Virus record (IMG/VR): IMGVR_UViG_3300001533_003144
Location: 55,996 to 119,995 of that record
DNA from: a virus
Direction: 5' to 3' (one strand)
DNA length: 64,000 bases
Shown here: positions 16,927-27,128 of the stretch, piece after piece
Layout of the letters: every line of letters starts with the position of its first letter
How positions within the stretch are numbered: the stretch's first letter is position 1
The notes under the pieces: generated by a model
Seen by the model: the letters and a program-made list of their open reading frames with translations, nothing else
Databases searched by the model: none
Told to the model about the DNA's origin: nothing
Position numbers and translations under genes: made by a program

Positions 16927-19287
16927 ATGAGTTACAAGAAACCTCAAGTTATTACCAAAAGAGATAACTTAACCGGGAACAGGGCTTCGGCTGGGGTGTT
17001 TACCAATGTTGGTATTATTGGTGAAGGTTCTGGGGGTGTTTCCTCTGTACCTAAGACGGTTATAAGATCTGCTGTAGGGCTTAGTGATTTTGTTGATCCT
17101 AATATGCGTTCTGCTGAATGCTCATATCTTGGATTCAATTACCTAGAAGGTGTGGATTATGATGTTACTTCCGAAGGTAAGATACTTTGGAAAGCTACTA
17201 AAATATCTAATCCTTACCTGATGAAGGTGCTTGTAAGTGATTCGGGTAGTTTACCTGTCGGGAATTATTACTATGCTGTAACTGCAATTAAAAAGGTTAC
17301 AACAGATGCGTTTGGTGAGTCTCTTCCGTCTAATGTCTTGGGTGCTGTGCTTGGTACAGTAGGTAAGGCTGTCCTGAATTGGTCTGAAGTTGAGCTTGCT
17401 GACGGTTATCGTATTTATCGGGGGACTTCTCCTACAAACCTGACACTCATCAGGGAAATTTCTGGGGGTAATACTACGGTATGGGAAGATACAGGTATTT
17501 ATACCCCTGGAGCTACTTCTCTTCCGGCTTCAAATACAGCATATAAAAGACCTCCTACAAGTGAGGAAGATACTAAAGGGTACTGGTCTGGTGGGGATGC
17601 TTCGGGAAACTTGGCTTCTCTTGAGGCCGTAGCTGATGGTTCTATTAAAATAGATGCGGATAGTCGAGGTGTTGTAGAGGTTACTGGGGTTGGTTTTACC
17701 AGTCTTGTCGATCCTGATCTTAGTGACATTGCAGCACATCTTCAGTCTGTTGCAAGGGAGCAGCTAGGGGATCGTGGTTTTTATATATCAGGGTCGGCTT
17801 CGTTAAATCTGAGTACCCTTGTTGGGGTTACTACAGGTAGATTAAATATTAGGCTTGATGGCGGTGCTTTAGCAGAAACTGGGGATATAGATCTTAGTTC
17901 TGCTGAGACTCTGGGAGATGTTGCCGGTCTTATTCAGGCGGAATTACGGTCGGCTACAGCTACTCAGGTTACTTGTGAGTACGATACTGATCAAGGTGTC
18001 TTTATTATTACTTCCGAGAAAGGGGGTTCTGCTTCTAAAGTTGAGTTTGATGCTCCCTCGACTGGGGTGGATTTGAGATTAAGTCCTTATCTGAACCTTG
18101 CTGGAGGTACGGGTGTTGATGGTAAACCTTATGCAATTGAAATAGAGTATGTGGCGGTTTCTTCCAGTTTTGTTATAACTTCTGCTACTGCCGGGGATAG
18201 TTCTTCTATAGATGTTACTGCTGGGGAGACCGGTACAGATCTTTCTGTTGCAGGTTTGACTGCTTTAGACTTGTCCGCCGGGGGTTCTGGTGTTGTAGGT
18301 GTTACTGGTGAGAAGGTTACTTATGAGGTGGATGCTGCTATAGTCGGTCAGAACTTCTTTGAAGCTGAGACTTTCTTTGATCTTATTTCTCTTGGTATGG
18401 CTCACGGGTTTGATTCTCAACTATATGCTGTTGCTAAGGATATGATGTCTGAGCCTCCTCAAGGTTTTGGTACTCCTATGTTGACAGTTGTAGCTGTTCC
18501 TGAAATGACCCGTTCTTCTGTAGGGGGTGCTTTACAGGAGCTTGGTAAAGTAGATGTTGATATTGTTGTGGCTATTTCAAATGATGTGGACATAGCAAGG
18601 GATATTGTGTCCCACTCAGTTCACTTCAGTAGGGATGATATTAAAAAAGAGCGTGTAGCTATTGTTTCTCTTGATGCTTCTAAGGTGTCTTACAACGATT
18701 TTATTTCTCTGGCAAAAGAGTTTTCAGTACACGGCGATCGTGCTGTTGTTGTGTATGATAACTATACTAATGAGGGCTATGTTTCTCCTCTTCTGGCAGC
18801 AATGCAAGCAGCCCTTCCTGACAGGGCTACCTCTACTTTAACTTCTACTTTTAGCACTAATCTCCCTGTCAGAAAATCAGGTAGAGTGGACGGTAAAGCA
18901 GAGACATATATGCTTAGTCAGGGGGTTCTTGTTATATCTAAAAACGAAGAAAATGTTCTCACCGTTATTGACGACCTTACTTGCGGAGGTCCTTCTTTGG
19001 ATCTTCCTGGTAGGCTGGTTGAGGACTTTCTTAGAAAAACGCTGAGAAGGGCTTGCTCCCCTCTGAAGGGTCTCAAGATCCGTGACAGAATTACTACGGG
19101 TGTAGAAGAGATAGGTAGAGCTACTTTGGATTCTTTTACTTTCTTGGAGCTTATAGATTCTTGGTTGCCTGAGACTCTTGTGGCATCCCCTCATCCTACT
19201 AATCCTGAAGGGGTTGTCTTGAGATTCACCTATGTCAGGGGCAGAACATTGAAACTGATCGAGGTTGCTTATACTGTTATCGGTTAA
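16927..19287 (+). CDS. Contractile tail sheath protein with inserted Fn3-like and repeated beta domains
   Basis: N-terminal Y..P.V and GIIG; C-terminal KERVAIV...GVLVI...VIDDLT...LKLIEV sheath-like core; 786 aa. Confidence 0.8.
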   Translation: MSYKKPQVITKRDNLTGNRASAGVFTNVGIIGEGSGGVSSVPKTVIRSAVGLSDFVDPNMRSAECSYLGFNYLEGVDYDVTSEGKILWKATKISNPYLMKVLVSDSGSLPVGNYYYAVTAIKKVTTDAFGESLPSNVLGAVLGTVGKAVLNWSEVELADGYRIYRGTSPTNLTLIREISGGNTTVWEDTGIYTPGATSLPASNTAYKRPPTSEEDTKGYWSGGDASGNLASLEAVADGSIKIDADSRGVVEVTGVGFTSLVDPDLSDIAAHLQSVAREQLGDRGFYISGSASLNLSTLVGVTTGRLNIRLDGGALAETGDIDLSSAETLGDVAGLIQAELRSATATQVTCEYDTDQGVFIITSEKGGSASKVEFDAPSTGVDLRLSPYLNLAGGTGVDGKPYAIEIEYVAVSSSFVITSATAGDSSSIDVTAGETGTDLSVAGLTALDLSAGGSGVVGVTGEKVTYEVDAAIVGQNFFEAETFFDLISLGMAHGFDSQLYAVAKDMMSEPPQGFGTPMLTVVAVPEMTRSSVGGALQELGKVDVDIVVAISNDVDIARDIVSHSVHFSRDDIKKERVAIVSLDASKVSYNDFISLAKEFSVHGDRAVVVYDNYTNEGYVSPLLAAMQAALPDRATSTLTSTFSTNLPVRKSGRVDGKAETYMLSQGVLVISKNEENVLTVIDDLTCGGPSLDLPGRLVEDFLRKTLRRACSPLKGLKIRDRITTGVEEIGRATLDSFTFLELIDSWLPETLVASPHPTNPEGVVLRFTYVRGRTLKLIEVAYTVIG

Positions 19288-19317
19288 TTTTACATTATTT
19301 AGTTTCGGGGGGTCTCT

Positions 19318-21306
19318 ATGTTTAAGGAATTTCTAAACAAGCTTGCTCAAGACAAAGAAAAGGCATACAATCAGATAGATTTCTTTCTGGAAGATGTTCT
19401 TGAGATGTCAGAGGAGTTAATGGCTTCTGAAGGGTTTGAGAGCTTCTCTGGTAAGTTTACTCAAAGTCCGGGGTATAAAAGGTTACTGGGTTTTGAGATA
19501 GATATAGATCCTCCGGAATATTCTGATATAGAAAAAGCCATAAAGTATAAGTTTGGTGACAGTAGTGATATTACTTTTGGTGAGTCCGATTATTATCGGG
19601 TTTACTCAGAGCAATTGTTTACTGATCTGTTGGGTGATTATGATTCTACAGATGGTTTTGTTGGTATTAAGGTGCAGGACTTGGATCCTGAAGTTGACCA
19701 GGAAAAGGCGGCAGAGGTTCTTATCCGGGTACTTAAATCAGGGGAGTATGATTCCGAGTTGGTTCCTGTTTTTGAGGATCTGTTCCCTGATGGTGAGATC
19801 GATCTTAAATCTTTTACATCTGATACTGATCTTTATTTGGTGCTAAAAACTGCCGGGGTACTGGATTCTGTTGTTTCTGAGATTGCAAAAGAGGGCGTTG
19901 TCCTTAAAAAGCTTTCTAAACTGGAAGATCTCAAAGAAGCTATAGATAATTCTTTAGCTTCTATTAACGATCCTCAGTTCTGGGTAGATTGGGTTGATAC
20001 TGAGGAACTTGTTTCAGAAGAGAAAGAAGATACGGTTAAGGCTTCTGTTGAGCGGGTTTTTGATGGTAAAGATCCTTTAAGGGTTAAGGTTAAGTCCTCC
20101 GATGTTGGGGTTTCCCTTTCTGAGTTAGAGTCCGACTATTCTGAGGGTTACTCAGATGATTCCTCTTTGCGAGTGTTTCTTTCCGGTAGAGATCCTTATT
20201 ATGTTGTTATTGATGGTAATATTTACCCTGTGGGGGATAAAGAAGGTACTGCTCCTGATTTGCAAAGAGACAATCCTGATTATGGTACAGTTTTTTACAG
20301 GATAGAAGGTAATAGTGAACTCCTTTTATTGCGAGATGTTCACGAGGGTTCTTATTCTATCTATGATAGTAGTGGTCTTAACTTAGGGGACTTCTTGTTT
20401 TGTCCTTCTGACCTTGAGGAGCGTTTTGATATTGCTAGGGATGTCTATCAGTTTGATTTTCAGGATTCTACTTTAATAGTGTCTGAAGAAGTTTTGGTTG
20501 AGTTGAGTGGTACGGGTACTGTAGATCATTACGCTTTAAAGAGGATTAATGGGGATATTTACATTGGGTACTTATCTCGTTATGCTGATAGTGGGTGGTT
20601 CTTGTTTCCTTACCCAGACGGAGGGTTTTTAAAAGAAGATTTTCCGGATTCTTTTTTGGAGGAGGTTCTTGCTTTCGTTTCGGGTCAGGTGGGTAATGAA
20701 GATAATACCGTTGAAGCTAAAGTAAAGGCTTCATACCCTAGGGAAGTTACCGAGTCCTTTGCTCGGGCTTTAAAGGAAGAAAAACCTGAATGGTTTGAAG
20801 AGATTGTTTCCCGTATAAGGGCTGAAAGGTCTATGGATAATATTCATTTTAAAGATAAAGAGATTTCAGATTACTTTGTAGGTCAGAAGGTGTTGGGTTT
20901 GTATCAGGTAGGTCTCTTAGATTCTCTTGTATCTTTTGATAAGGAGTTGGAGTCCTTTGTTTCTGATAAGCTGCCCTCTATGCCTAATGTTGAAGGTTCT
21001 CAGGTAGAGTTTGGTATGGAAGGTTCCCCAGCAGGATCCGAATACACCCCGAAAGACTATGCCGAGATGTTGGAGGAAAGGTTTTTGAACTCCTTTGGAG
21101 ATATGGGTGATTATACTCCGGAAGTTTATTTTACTTTAGAAAGTTGGGAATATCCTTCAATAGTCTTTGCGGTTACTGAGGAGGTTTCTGATCCTGATCA
21201 GCTTCAGCAGCGGTTTGACTGGTTGACTACTGCCGGGGTAGAGTATCTTAAAGAGAACGGTTATCGGGGTAATTTATATATTGGGGATCATGGTATTACA
21301 ATATAA
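19318..21306 (+). CDS. Acidic modular polyprotein (candidate virion-packaged protein)
   Basis: D/E-rich modules separated by TVKAS, KVKSS and VEAKVKAS linkers. Confidence 0.6.
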   Translation: MFKEFLNKLAQDKEKAYNQIDFFLEDVLEMSEELMASEGFESFSGKFTQSPGYKRLLGFEIDIDPPEYSDIEKAIKYKFGDSSDITFGESDYYRVYSEQLFTDLLGDYDSTDGFVGIKVQDLDPEVDQEKAAEVLIRVLKSGEYDSELVPVFEDLFPDGEIDLKSFTSDTDLYLVLKTAGVLDSVVSEIAKEGVVLKKLSKLEDLKEAIDNSLASINDPQFWVDWVDTEELVSEEKEDTVKASVERVFDGKDPLRVKVKSSDVGVSLSELESDYSEGYSDDSSLRVFLSGRDPYYVVIDGNIYPVGDKEGTAPDLQRDNPDYGTVFYRIEGNSELLLLRDVHEGSYSIYDSSGLNLGDFLFCPSDLEERFDIARDVYQFDFQDSTLIVSEEVLVELSGTGTVDHYALKRINGDIYIGYLSRYADSGWFLFPYPDGGFLKEDFPDSFLEEVLAFVSGQVGNEDNTVEAKVKASYPREVTESFARALKEEKPEWFEEIVSRIRAERSMDNIHFKDKEISDYFVGQKVLGLYQVGLLDSLVSFDKELESFVSDKLPSMPNVEGSQVEFGMEGSPAGSEYTPKDYAEMLEERFLNSFGDMGDYTPEVYFTLESWEYPSIVFAVTEEVSDPDQLQQRFDWLTTAGVEYLKENGYRGNLYIGDHGITI

Positions 21307-21318
21307 AGGGAGTTAATT

Positions 21319-23313
21319 ATGTCAAAAAAGAGAATAGAGTCTTTAGCAAAGAGAATTAGGGCTTCTAAGGGGGCTTTAGTTGACTTTAGTGAGTTTAAAC
21401 GGTGGCTTAAAGAAGATGCTGTAAAAGAGGGTTCTATTTCTGAAAGAGCTACAGAAACCGAGGGCTTTGCTTTTGAAACCCTTGATCAAATGGCCTATAG
21501 AGAAGTTCTTGATCATGTACAGAATACCGGTATTTATGAAAACACGGGCGAACCTGACGACAATCCTGAGTGGGGTACTAAAGTTCCTATTTATGATTGG
21601 GACTATAAGTGGCTTACTATGCCCTCTGAAGCAAAGAAAATTAGGTCCTCTGAAGATAAGTCTCTTGCAGAAGTTGAGAAAGATGCAGATAAATTAAAAG
21701 AGGATATCAAGAAAGCTAAAGAGGTTCTTAAAAAGGAAGATACCGAATCTAGCCGGGCTAAGGTTGCTGATCTTGAAGAAAGATTAAGACGGGCTGCTGA
21801 TGTTATTAGGAACAAAAGGGCTGATAAGGTTAAAGCTTCTGAAGGTAGGTATAAAAGTGATGAAGATATAGTGGCCGAGTTTGCGGGTGTTACTATAGGA
21901 GAGATTGATTTAAATCCTGATAAAGGTTTTGGTGGTATTTCCGGGTATGTGGATCTCTCCTTTCCTGAAGCTGGGGGGCATGTTGCCGGGGGTACTGATT
22001 CTGTTTCCGAGCATTTTTATTTTTATAATTACCACGAATGGAAAGAGGATCCTTCTATTACCCCAAAGATAGCTTTTGAGAACTGGTATCCTGAAGATGT
22101 TTTTCTTCAAATTAAGGAGGCTATAATTAATCATTTGGGAAGTACAGAGGTTCAGGCTAAGAAAGTCAGGGCTGCTAAAACTTCTGAAACTGTTGTCTCT
22201 TTGGGTACTGTTGTTTCAGATCGAGGGGATATTGTTTCCGATAACTACGGGGTGGTTGGTGTTATTTACAGTAGAACAGACCATCCAAAGTCCTCATTAT
22301 TACCTGTGGAGGCCGATGCTGTAGCTAAACAGGTGGCACAGGTTTTGAGTGGGCTTGAGGTGGACATGGGTAAATATATGTCTGCTTCTGGTAAGTCTAA
22401 TTATGTTATAAGAGACCGTGAGGCTGGTAACTTTATTGCTGAATTTGGTACGGAAGAACTCGCTGAAGAGGAGCTTAAACGGTACGAATCCGAAGATAAG
22501 GCTACGGGTACTTATACCCCTGATTTTTATGAAATTGTGCCGGTCTCAGGGAAAGTTAAACCCTTATTTGCTACAAAAACTAAAGCAGCTCGTAAAGTTA
22601 AAGCAGTTGAAGGTAAAACAATTCCGGAACTGGAAAAAGAAGGTTTTGAGGGTATAGATGCTTCCTTGGACATTTCTTTATATGAGTATGGGCTGATCTG
22701 GAAAGAAACCGAATCCGAGTATGAGTTTATTTATGGCGTGGGTAAGAGTGCTGTGGGTAATTACGATGCCTTTTTGACCGCTTCTTTTCCTAAAACAACG
22801 GATCCTCGTGAAGAGTTCAATTGGGTGTATTGGGATGAGGTGTTCTCTTTTGTTGGTGCTGATCCTGATACCTATTTTGAAGAATCGGATCTTCCGAGAA
22901 TTATATTTGATCTGAAAAGTTTTTATGGTTATCAAAATGTTTTTGGAGATTCCTATGTAGAGCCTTTTCCTATGGATGATGGACAGATGCCTGGAGATAT
23001 AAAGCCTAAAGCTTTTGCGGATACCGATCTTCCTTTAAGCAAAGCCGGTGTTGAAAAGTTTCAGGAAGGGGATTTTTACGGTTTAAGGATAATTGATACT
23101 GAAGAAGTTCTTCTGGATCCTGTTTATAGTTGGATAGATGATGTTTACAACAGTGTCTCCGGGCTTGTGCAGGTTGAAGATTCCAATGGGAACCATAGGG
23201 CGGTTGAGTTTCTTCTTGAGGGTGAAGAAGAAGATGTGGGTGTTGAGTCTTATAAAGATACTGAGACACAAAAAGATGATGAAGCTATAGATACTTTCTT
23301 TAACGAGGGTTGA
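21319..23313 (+). CDS. Acidic modular polyprotein (candidate virion-packaged protein)
   Basis: Linkers RIRAS, KIRSS, KVKAS, VQAKKVRAA, MSAS, TKAARKVKA; modules include YVIRDREAGN...DFYEIV, GIDASLDISLYEYGLIW and a WG-repeat-like C-terminus. Confidence 0.65.
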   Translation: MSKKRIESLAKRIRASKGALVDFSEFKRWLKEDAVKEGSISERATETEGFAFETLDQMAYREVLDHVQNTGIYENTGEPDDNPEWGTKVPIYDWDYKWLTMPSEAKKIRSSEDKSLAEVEKDADKLKEDIKKAKEVLKKEDTESSRAKVADLEERLRRAADVIRNKRADKVKASEGRYKSDEDIVAEFAGVTIGEIDLNPDKGFGGISGYVDLSFPEAGGHVAGGTDSVSEHFYFYNYHEWKEDPSITPKIAFENWYPEDVFLQIKEAIINHLGSTEVQAKKVRAAKTSETVVSLGTVVSDRGDIVSDNYGVVGVIYSRTDHPKSSLLPVEADAVAKQVAQVLSGLEVDMGKYMSASGKSNYVIRDREAGNFIAEFGTEELAEEELKRYESEDKATGTYTPDFYEIVPVSGKVKPLFATKTKAARKVKAVEGKTIPELEKEGFEGIDASLDISLYEYGLIWKETESEYEFIYGVGKSAVGNYDAFLTASFPKTTDPREEFNWVYWDEVFSFVGADPDTYFEESDLPRIIFDLKSFYGYQNVFGDSYVEPFPMDDGQMPGDIKPKAFADTDLPLSKAGVEKFQEGDFYGLRIIDTEEVLLDPVYSWIDDVYNSVSGLVQVEDSNGNHRAVEFLLEGEEEDVGVESYKDTETQKDDEAIDTFFNEG

Positions 23314-23314
23314 T

Positions 23315-23324
23315 TTATATAATA
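23315..23324 (+). promoter_or_regulatory. Putative late promoter TTATATAATA, copy 3
   Basis: Upstream of tail tube gene. Confidence 0.65.
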
Positions 23325-23360
23325 AACCGTGCTTAGTTAATTTATTTTTTGGAGGATATT

Positions 23361-23855
23361 ATGCCAGTAGTAAGTGGTACCCCTAGAACAACCCCACCGG
23401 ATAGCCAGAAAACGGTAATCTCTACCTCTATAGATATTGAGGTAGATGGTAAAAAGGTTGGTGCGGTTGACAGTTTTAATGTTAATATGTCTCGTGTGGT
23501 TCAGCGTATTCGTGAACTTAACAGTGAATACGCTGGTGAAACTATTGAGATAGTTCCGGGTCCTGGTGAGGCTAATATTAATGTAACCGGTTTTATGCTT
23601 TATACTAAAGGAGAACACTCCCTTTTCCAAAGGATGCCTGGAGAAGATGGTAAGAAGTTTGTTAATCTGATTAGTCAGATTAAGCCTTTTACTATCGTAG
23701 AGAGGTACACGCATCAAGGTACGGGCGTTTCTTTTACGGTAAAGTATATTGGCTGTTGGTTGACTAATTACAGTAAAACCCAGAACATCAATACAGCTAT
23801 GGTTGTTGAAAATGCTACTATAGAGGTTCAGGCCGTTAGATCAGAGGCAGACTAA
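23361..23855 (+). CDS. Tail tube protein
   Basis: GGAGG RBS; IEVDGKKVGAV...RIREL...EIVPG...Y.GCWLTNYS tube-like motifs; precedes chaperone and tape measure. Confidence 0.82.
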   Translation: MPVVSGTPRTTPPDSQKTVISTSIDIEVDGKKVGAVDSFNVNMSRVVQRIRELNSEYAGETIEIVPGPGEANINVTGFMLYTKGEHSLFQRMPGEDGKKFVNLISQIKPFTIVERYTHQGTGVSFTVKYIGCWLTNYSKTQNINTAMVVENATIEVQAVRSEAD

Positions 23856-23891
23856 TATTTAGCTTATTGTTATATTTTATTGGAGTGTTAA

Positions 23892-24308
23892 ATGGAAGAT
23901 TTAAAAAGGTTGCTTGATCCTCTTCTTTCTATGGGAAAATATGAATATCCTTTCCGTCTCGGTGATTATAAGGTATTTTTTAATTTAGCCGATGTCGGTT
24001 CTACTTCGGCAGCTTTGGTTTCTTTGCCTGTTAAAGTTGAAGCAGATGTTAAGGCGGCGAAAATGGCAGTTGCTTTGATGTCCGTAAATAACTACACCTT
24101 CCAAGGTCTTGAGGGAGAGCCTTTGTTGGAAAAGTATAGATTTCTTTGTTCTCTTAAAGAGCCTGTATTTGATCACTTTTGGGACCAATTCGTAGCTGCT
24201 CGTAACCTTCAGTATAAACTGTTTGAAGAGGTACATTTTAAAGGAAAAAAATCTTTGCCGATCCAGGATTCCGAGCAATCTGGAGACTCTTCAAGTTCTC
24301 CGGAGTGA
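23892..24308 (+). CDS. Tail assembly chaperone (gpG-like)
   Basis: Between tube and tape measure; A-AAA-AAA slippery site near its 3' end. Confidence 0.75.
   Translation: MEDLKRLLDPLLSMGKYEYPFRLGDYKVFFNLADVGSTSAALVSLPVKVEADVKAAKMAVALMSVNNYTFQGLEGEPLLEKYRFLCSLKEPVFDHFWDQFVAARNLQYKLFEEVHFKGKKSLPIQDSEQSGDSSSSPE
24245..24251 (+). other. Programmed -1 ribosomal frameshift site A AAA AAA
   Basis: In-frame GGA AAA AAA; the -1 frame is open from 24251 into ORF 24305-24598. Confidence 0.75.
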
Positions 24309-24598
24309 TTGACCCCTCTTGGATCGGTTATGAAAATGGTGGGTTGAAGCTCGACTTCCTTTATACTATCCGGAGATATTTTGTATTTTACAGTCTTTCT
24401 TTAGATAATTCGGATGATGTTGAGTATCATAAAGGGTTATCCGAGCTTCTGGGTTTTTATTGTAACCCTGAATTTTATCAGCAAAGGAAAAAGGCTGAGG
24501 ACTCCGAAAAGCATGTTAATTTGGGGTATCAGGCTTTACTTGAACGGGTTAAAGAGGGGTTTGACCCTTTTGAAGATGAAGATGAGCCTGTTTTATAG
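24251..24598 (+). CDS. Frameshifted tail chaperone extension (gpT-like)
   Basis: -1 frame reads IFADPGFRAIWRLFKFSGVIDPSW...DEPVL* without stops. Confidence 0.7.
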   Translation: MFADPGFRAIWRLFKFSGVIDPSWIGYENGGLKLDFLYTIRRYFVFYSLSLDNSDDVEYHKGLSELLGFYCNPEFYQQRKKAEDSEKHVNLGYQALLERVKEGFDPFEDEDEPVL

Positions 24599-24602
24599 AA
24601 TA
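24593..24602 (+). promoter_or_regulatory. Putative late promoter TTATAGAATA, copy 4
   Basis: Upstream of tape measure gene. Confidence 0.55.
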
Positions 24603-24629
24603 TATTAGGACTATTTTGAGGTTGTTGTA

Positions 24630-27119
24630 GTGGCACAGATTATACTGGATTTCAGTTCAATTACTCCTGAACAGATTAAAGAAGCTACGGCCGTCTTACA
24701 AAAAGAAATTACGACACAGGTTAATGATGCTATGTCTAAAGGGCTTACCGGTAGTTTGGATCGGTATTCAAGGGACATTGCTAAGTCTGTTTCTGGTGCT
24801 TTAAGGGATAGTCTTTTAAAGGTTGTTGAAGTGGATATTGCTAAAGGTTTTGAAAAGGCTTTTAATTCAGTTTCCTTAGCTTCCGGGTTATCAGACAGTC
24901 TTAAAAAATCCATAGAAGAAGCTTTTAAATCTTTACCTGCTTTCACGGTTGATATTAAACCGGTTATAAAACCTGAAAACAAACTGATGATGAGGGATGT
25001 TTTTGATGAAGATCCCCAATCGGTTTTACAGCAGGTTAAGGGAACTGATCGAGTGGTTAAGGAAGAACCTAAATCTGATATAATTATAACAGATCGTGAT
25101 GTTCGTGAAGAAGAAGTTGCTTCTTCTAAAAAAGGTTTGGGTGGTATAATGCCTTTACCTCTGTATGAAGTAGGCCGTGATACTGAACCCTCTAAAGCGA
25201 GTATAGAAAAATTGTTTCAGTCCTTCATTAAACAAGATGTTCCTAAACCTGAAGCAAGAGAAATGGCTGAACGCTTTGCTGAATCCCCTATGGTACAGGA
25301 TACTGATTTTGAAGATTCTAAACAGGTAGCCCTTCTGAGGGAGTTTAATAAAGCTATAAATACTCAATCTTTTGAAATGAAAGGGCTCTCTGAACAGTTA
25401 GAGGGTTTAACCGAGGTTACAGAAGATCTGGAAGATGCTACTCGGAAGAGTGCAGAGATTGCTGAGAAAGACTCACGGCTTTCTAAAATAGAAAAACCTC
25501 CGGGACCCGATCCCACAAAAAAACTGGTTGACTGGACAGACAGTTTCCGGTTGACTGTGGGAATGTGGCTTACTTCTATTCCTCGTGTGCTTCTAGGGGT
25601 GTTAAAAGAGACTGTGCTTTCTTTTAAACCTCGTCAAAGGGAAGCAACGACCGCTGTGGCTAGTGTGGTAGGTTCTGATGAGATGTTACGGTTTTTTGAT
25701 GTTTATCAAAAACATATGAGTGAAATAGATACCGCTTTAAAGCACGATCCTCTTTTACAGGCTTATGGAGGTGAGAATGCAAAAGAGTCTTATTTGGGGT
25801 TAAAAGGGGTTACTGGTGGCGTAGGTATTGGGGAGGTTGTTGAGGGGGTAGATGTTGTTGCTGTCGAGATGAAGGGTTTGGCGGCTAAAGCTCTTCTTGC
25901 TGGAATGAACCTTGATGATTTTGCTACTAAGGTTAAGGAAGGCATTACAGCTTTAGGTTTAAGTCAGGATATCTCAGAGAAGTTTATTATATCGGTTGCG
26001 GATCGTGCTAAAGAGCTTAATATAAGTTTTGACAGTCTATACTCTAATGTGAATTCTGCAAATGGGTCAATAAGGCAGTGGGGGCATTCTTTGTATGAAG
26101 CTTATGGTATCTCTTCAAGATTTGCCAGAAGTCTTGAACAAGGTAGAATGGCAATGGGGGATATAGTTGAGTTTGCAGCTGCTTTACACGGTACGGAGGA
26201 AGGTACTTCCGTTTTTCTTATGGATCAGTTATCCCGTGTTGAGGGTATGGGAGGGGACATCGCTAGAGCCGTCAGGGAAGCTTCTGGCGGGGACCCTATG
26301 ATAGAAAGGAATTTGTGGCGCAGGGTTTCTGAAGGGCATCCGGGGATGGCTAAGGAGCTTGGTTTAGGTATTAGTGATGCTCAAATGCAGAAGGATTTCA
26401 GGACATCTATATTTAAGATGATAGATCAAATGGTTGAGGGTATTGCCGGTGAAAATGTTTATGCTCAAGCCGAGGTGCGGAGAAAATTGCTTCAGCAGTT
26501 TTTAGGTATTGCCGGAAATTTAAGTGAAGTTGCTTTTGAGGATATTCATAAGGTTTTTGGTGAGGGTGGTACTGCTCGTGGTTTTGTTCCAAGAGGCACT
26601 AGAGAAGTTGAGGATAAGGCTGAAGAGGCTAAGGAACGGATGGATAGGGATTTGGGTACTTTTGAGTCGGTTACTTTAACGGGTAAGAATGTGATTGTTA
26701 ATGTGGTTGATGCTATTAGGGGTATAGATAGGGGTACTGATGCTAAACTTAGTATGCTTGATAGTGCTTTAACGGGTCTCCGAGAAAAAGATGATGAATC
26801 CTATGCTTTAGGTAGGAAGTATCTTGAAGAGCGGGGAGGTTTAACCCATCCTCCTTCTGAGACCTTGTTAGGGGTTTTAGATAGAATGGCGACAAAGTTT
26901 GAGGGTTTGGCAAAATCAGGGGATATAGGCAGGGCAGATAAGTTAATTGAATTACTTCCTTTAGTAATCCCTCCCGAATACCAAGATGAAATAATGAGAC
27001 ATTATCAGAATTTTATTAAGGGGCAGATCACTAATGAGGATATTAGGAGATTTAATACCATAGTAGAGAAGGTTAAAGAGCAAGTGCAGTATAAAAAAAT
27101 GACGGGTTATTCTGGTTAG
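24630..27119 (+). CDS. Tape measure protein
   Basis: Long, helical, A/G/L-rich 829-aa protein following the G/GT chaperones. Confidence 0.7.
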   Translation: MAQIILDFSSITPEQIKEATAVLQKEITTQVNDAMSKGLTGSLDRYSRDIAKSVSGALRDSLLKVVEVDIAKGFEKAFNSVSLASGLSDSLKKSIEEAFKSLPAFTVDIKPVIKPENKLMMRDVFDEDPQSVLQQVKGTDRVVKEEPKSDIIITDRDVREEEVASSKKGLGGIMPLPLYEVGRDTEPSKASIEKLFQSFIKQDVPKPEAREMAERFAESPMVQDTDFEDSKQVALLREFNKAINTQSFEMKGLSEQLEGLTEVTEDLEDATRKSAEIAEKDSRLSKIEKPPGPDPTKKLVDWTDSFRLTVGMWLTSIPRVLLGVLKETVLSFKPRQREATTAVASVVGSDEMLRFFDVYQKHMSEIDTALKHDPLLQAYGGENAKESYLGLKGVTGGVGIGEVVEGVDVVAVEMKGLAAKALLAGMNLDDFATKVKEGITALGLSQDISEKFIISVADRAKELNISFDSLYSNVNSANGSIRQWGHSLYEAYGISSRFARSLEQGRMAMGDIVEFAAALHGTEEGTSVFLMDQLSRVEGMGGDIARAVREASGGDPMIERNLWRRVSEGHPGMAKELGLGISDAQMQKDFRTSIFKMIDQMVEGIAGENVYAQAEVRRKLLQQFLGIAGNLSEVAFEDIHKVFGEGGTARGFVPRGTREVEDKAEEAKERMDRDLGTFESVTLTGKNVIVNVVDAIRGIDRGTDAKLSMLDSALTGLREKDDESYALGRKYLEERGGLTHPPSETLLGVLDRMATKFEGLAKSGDIGRADKLIELLPLVIPPEYQDEIMRHYQNFIKGQITNEDIRRFNTIVEKVKEQVQYKKMTGYSG

Positions 27120-27128
27120 GGGGTTTTA

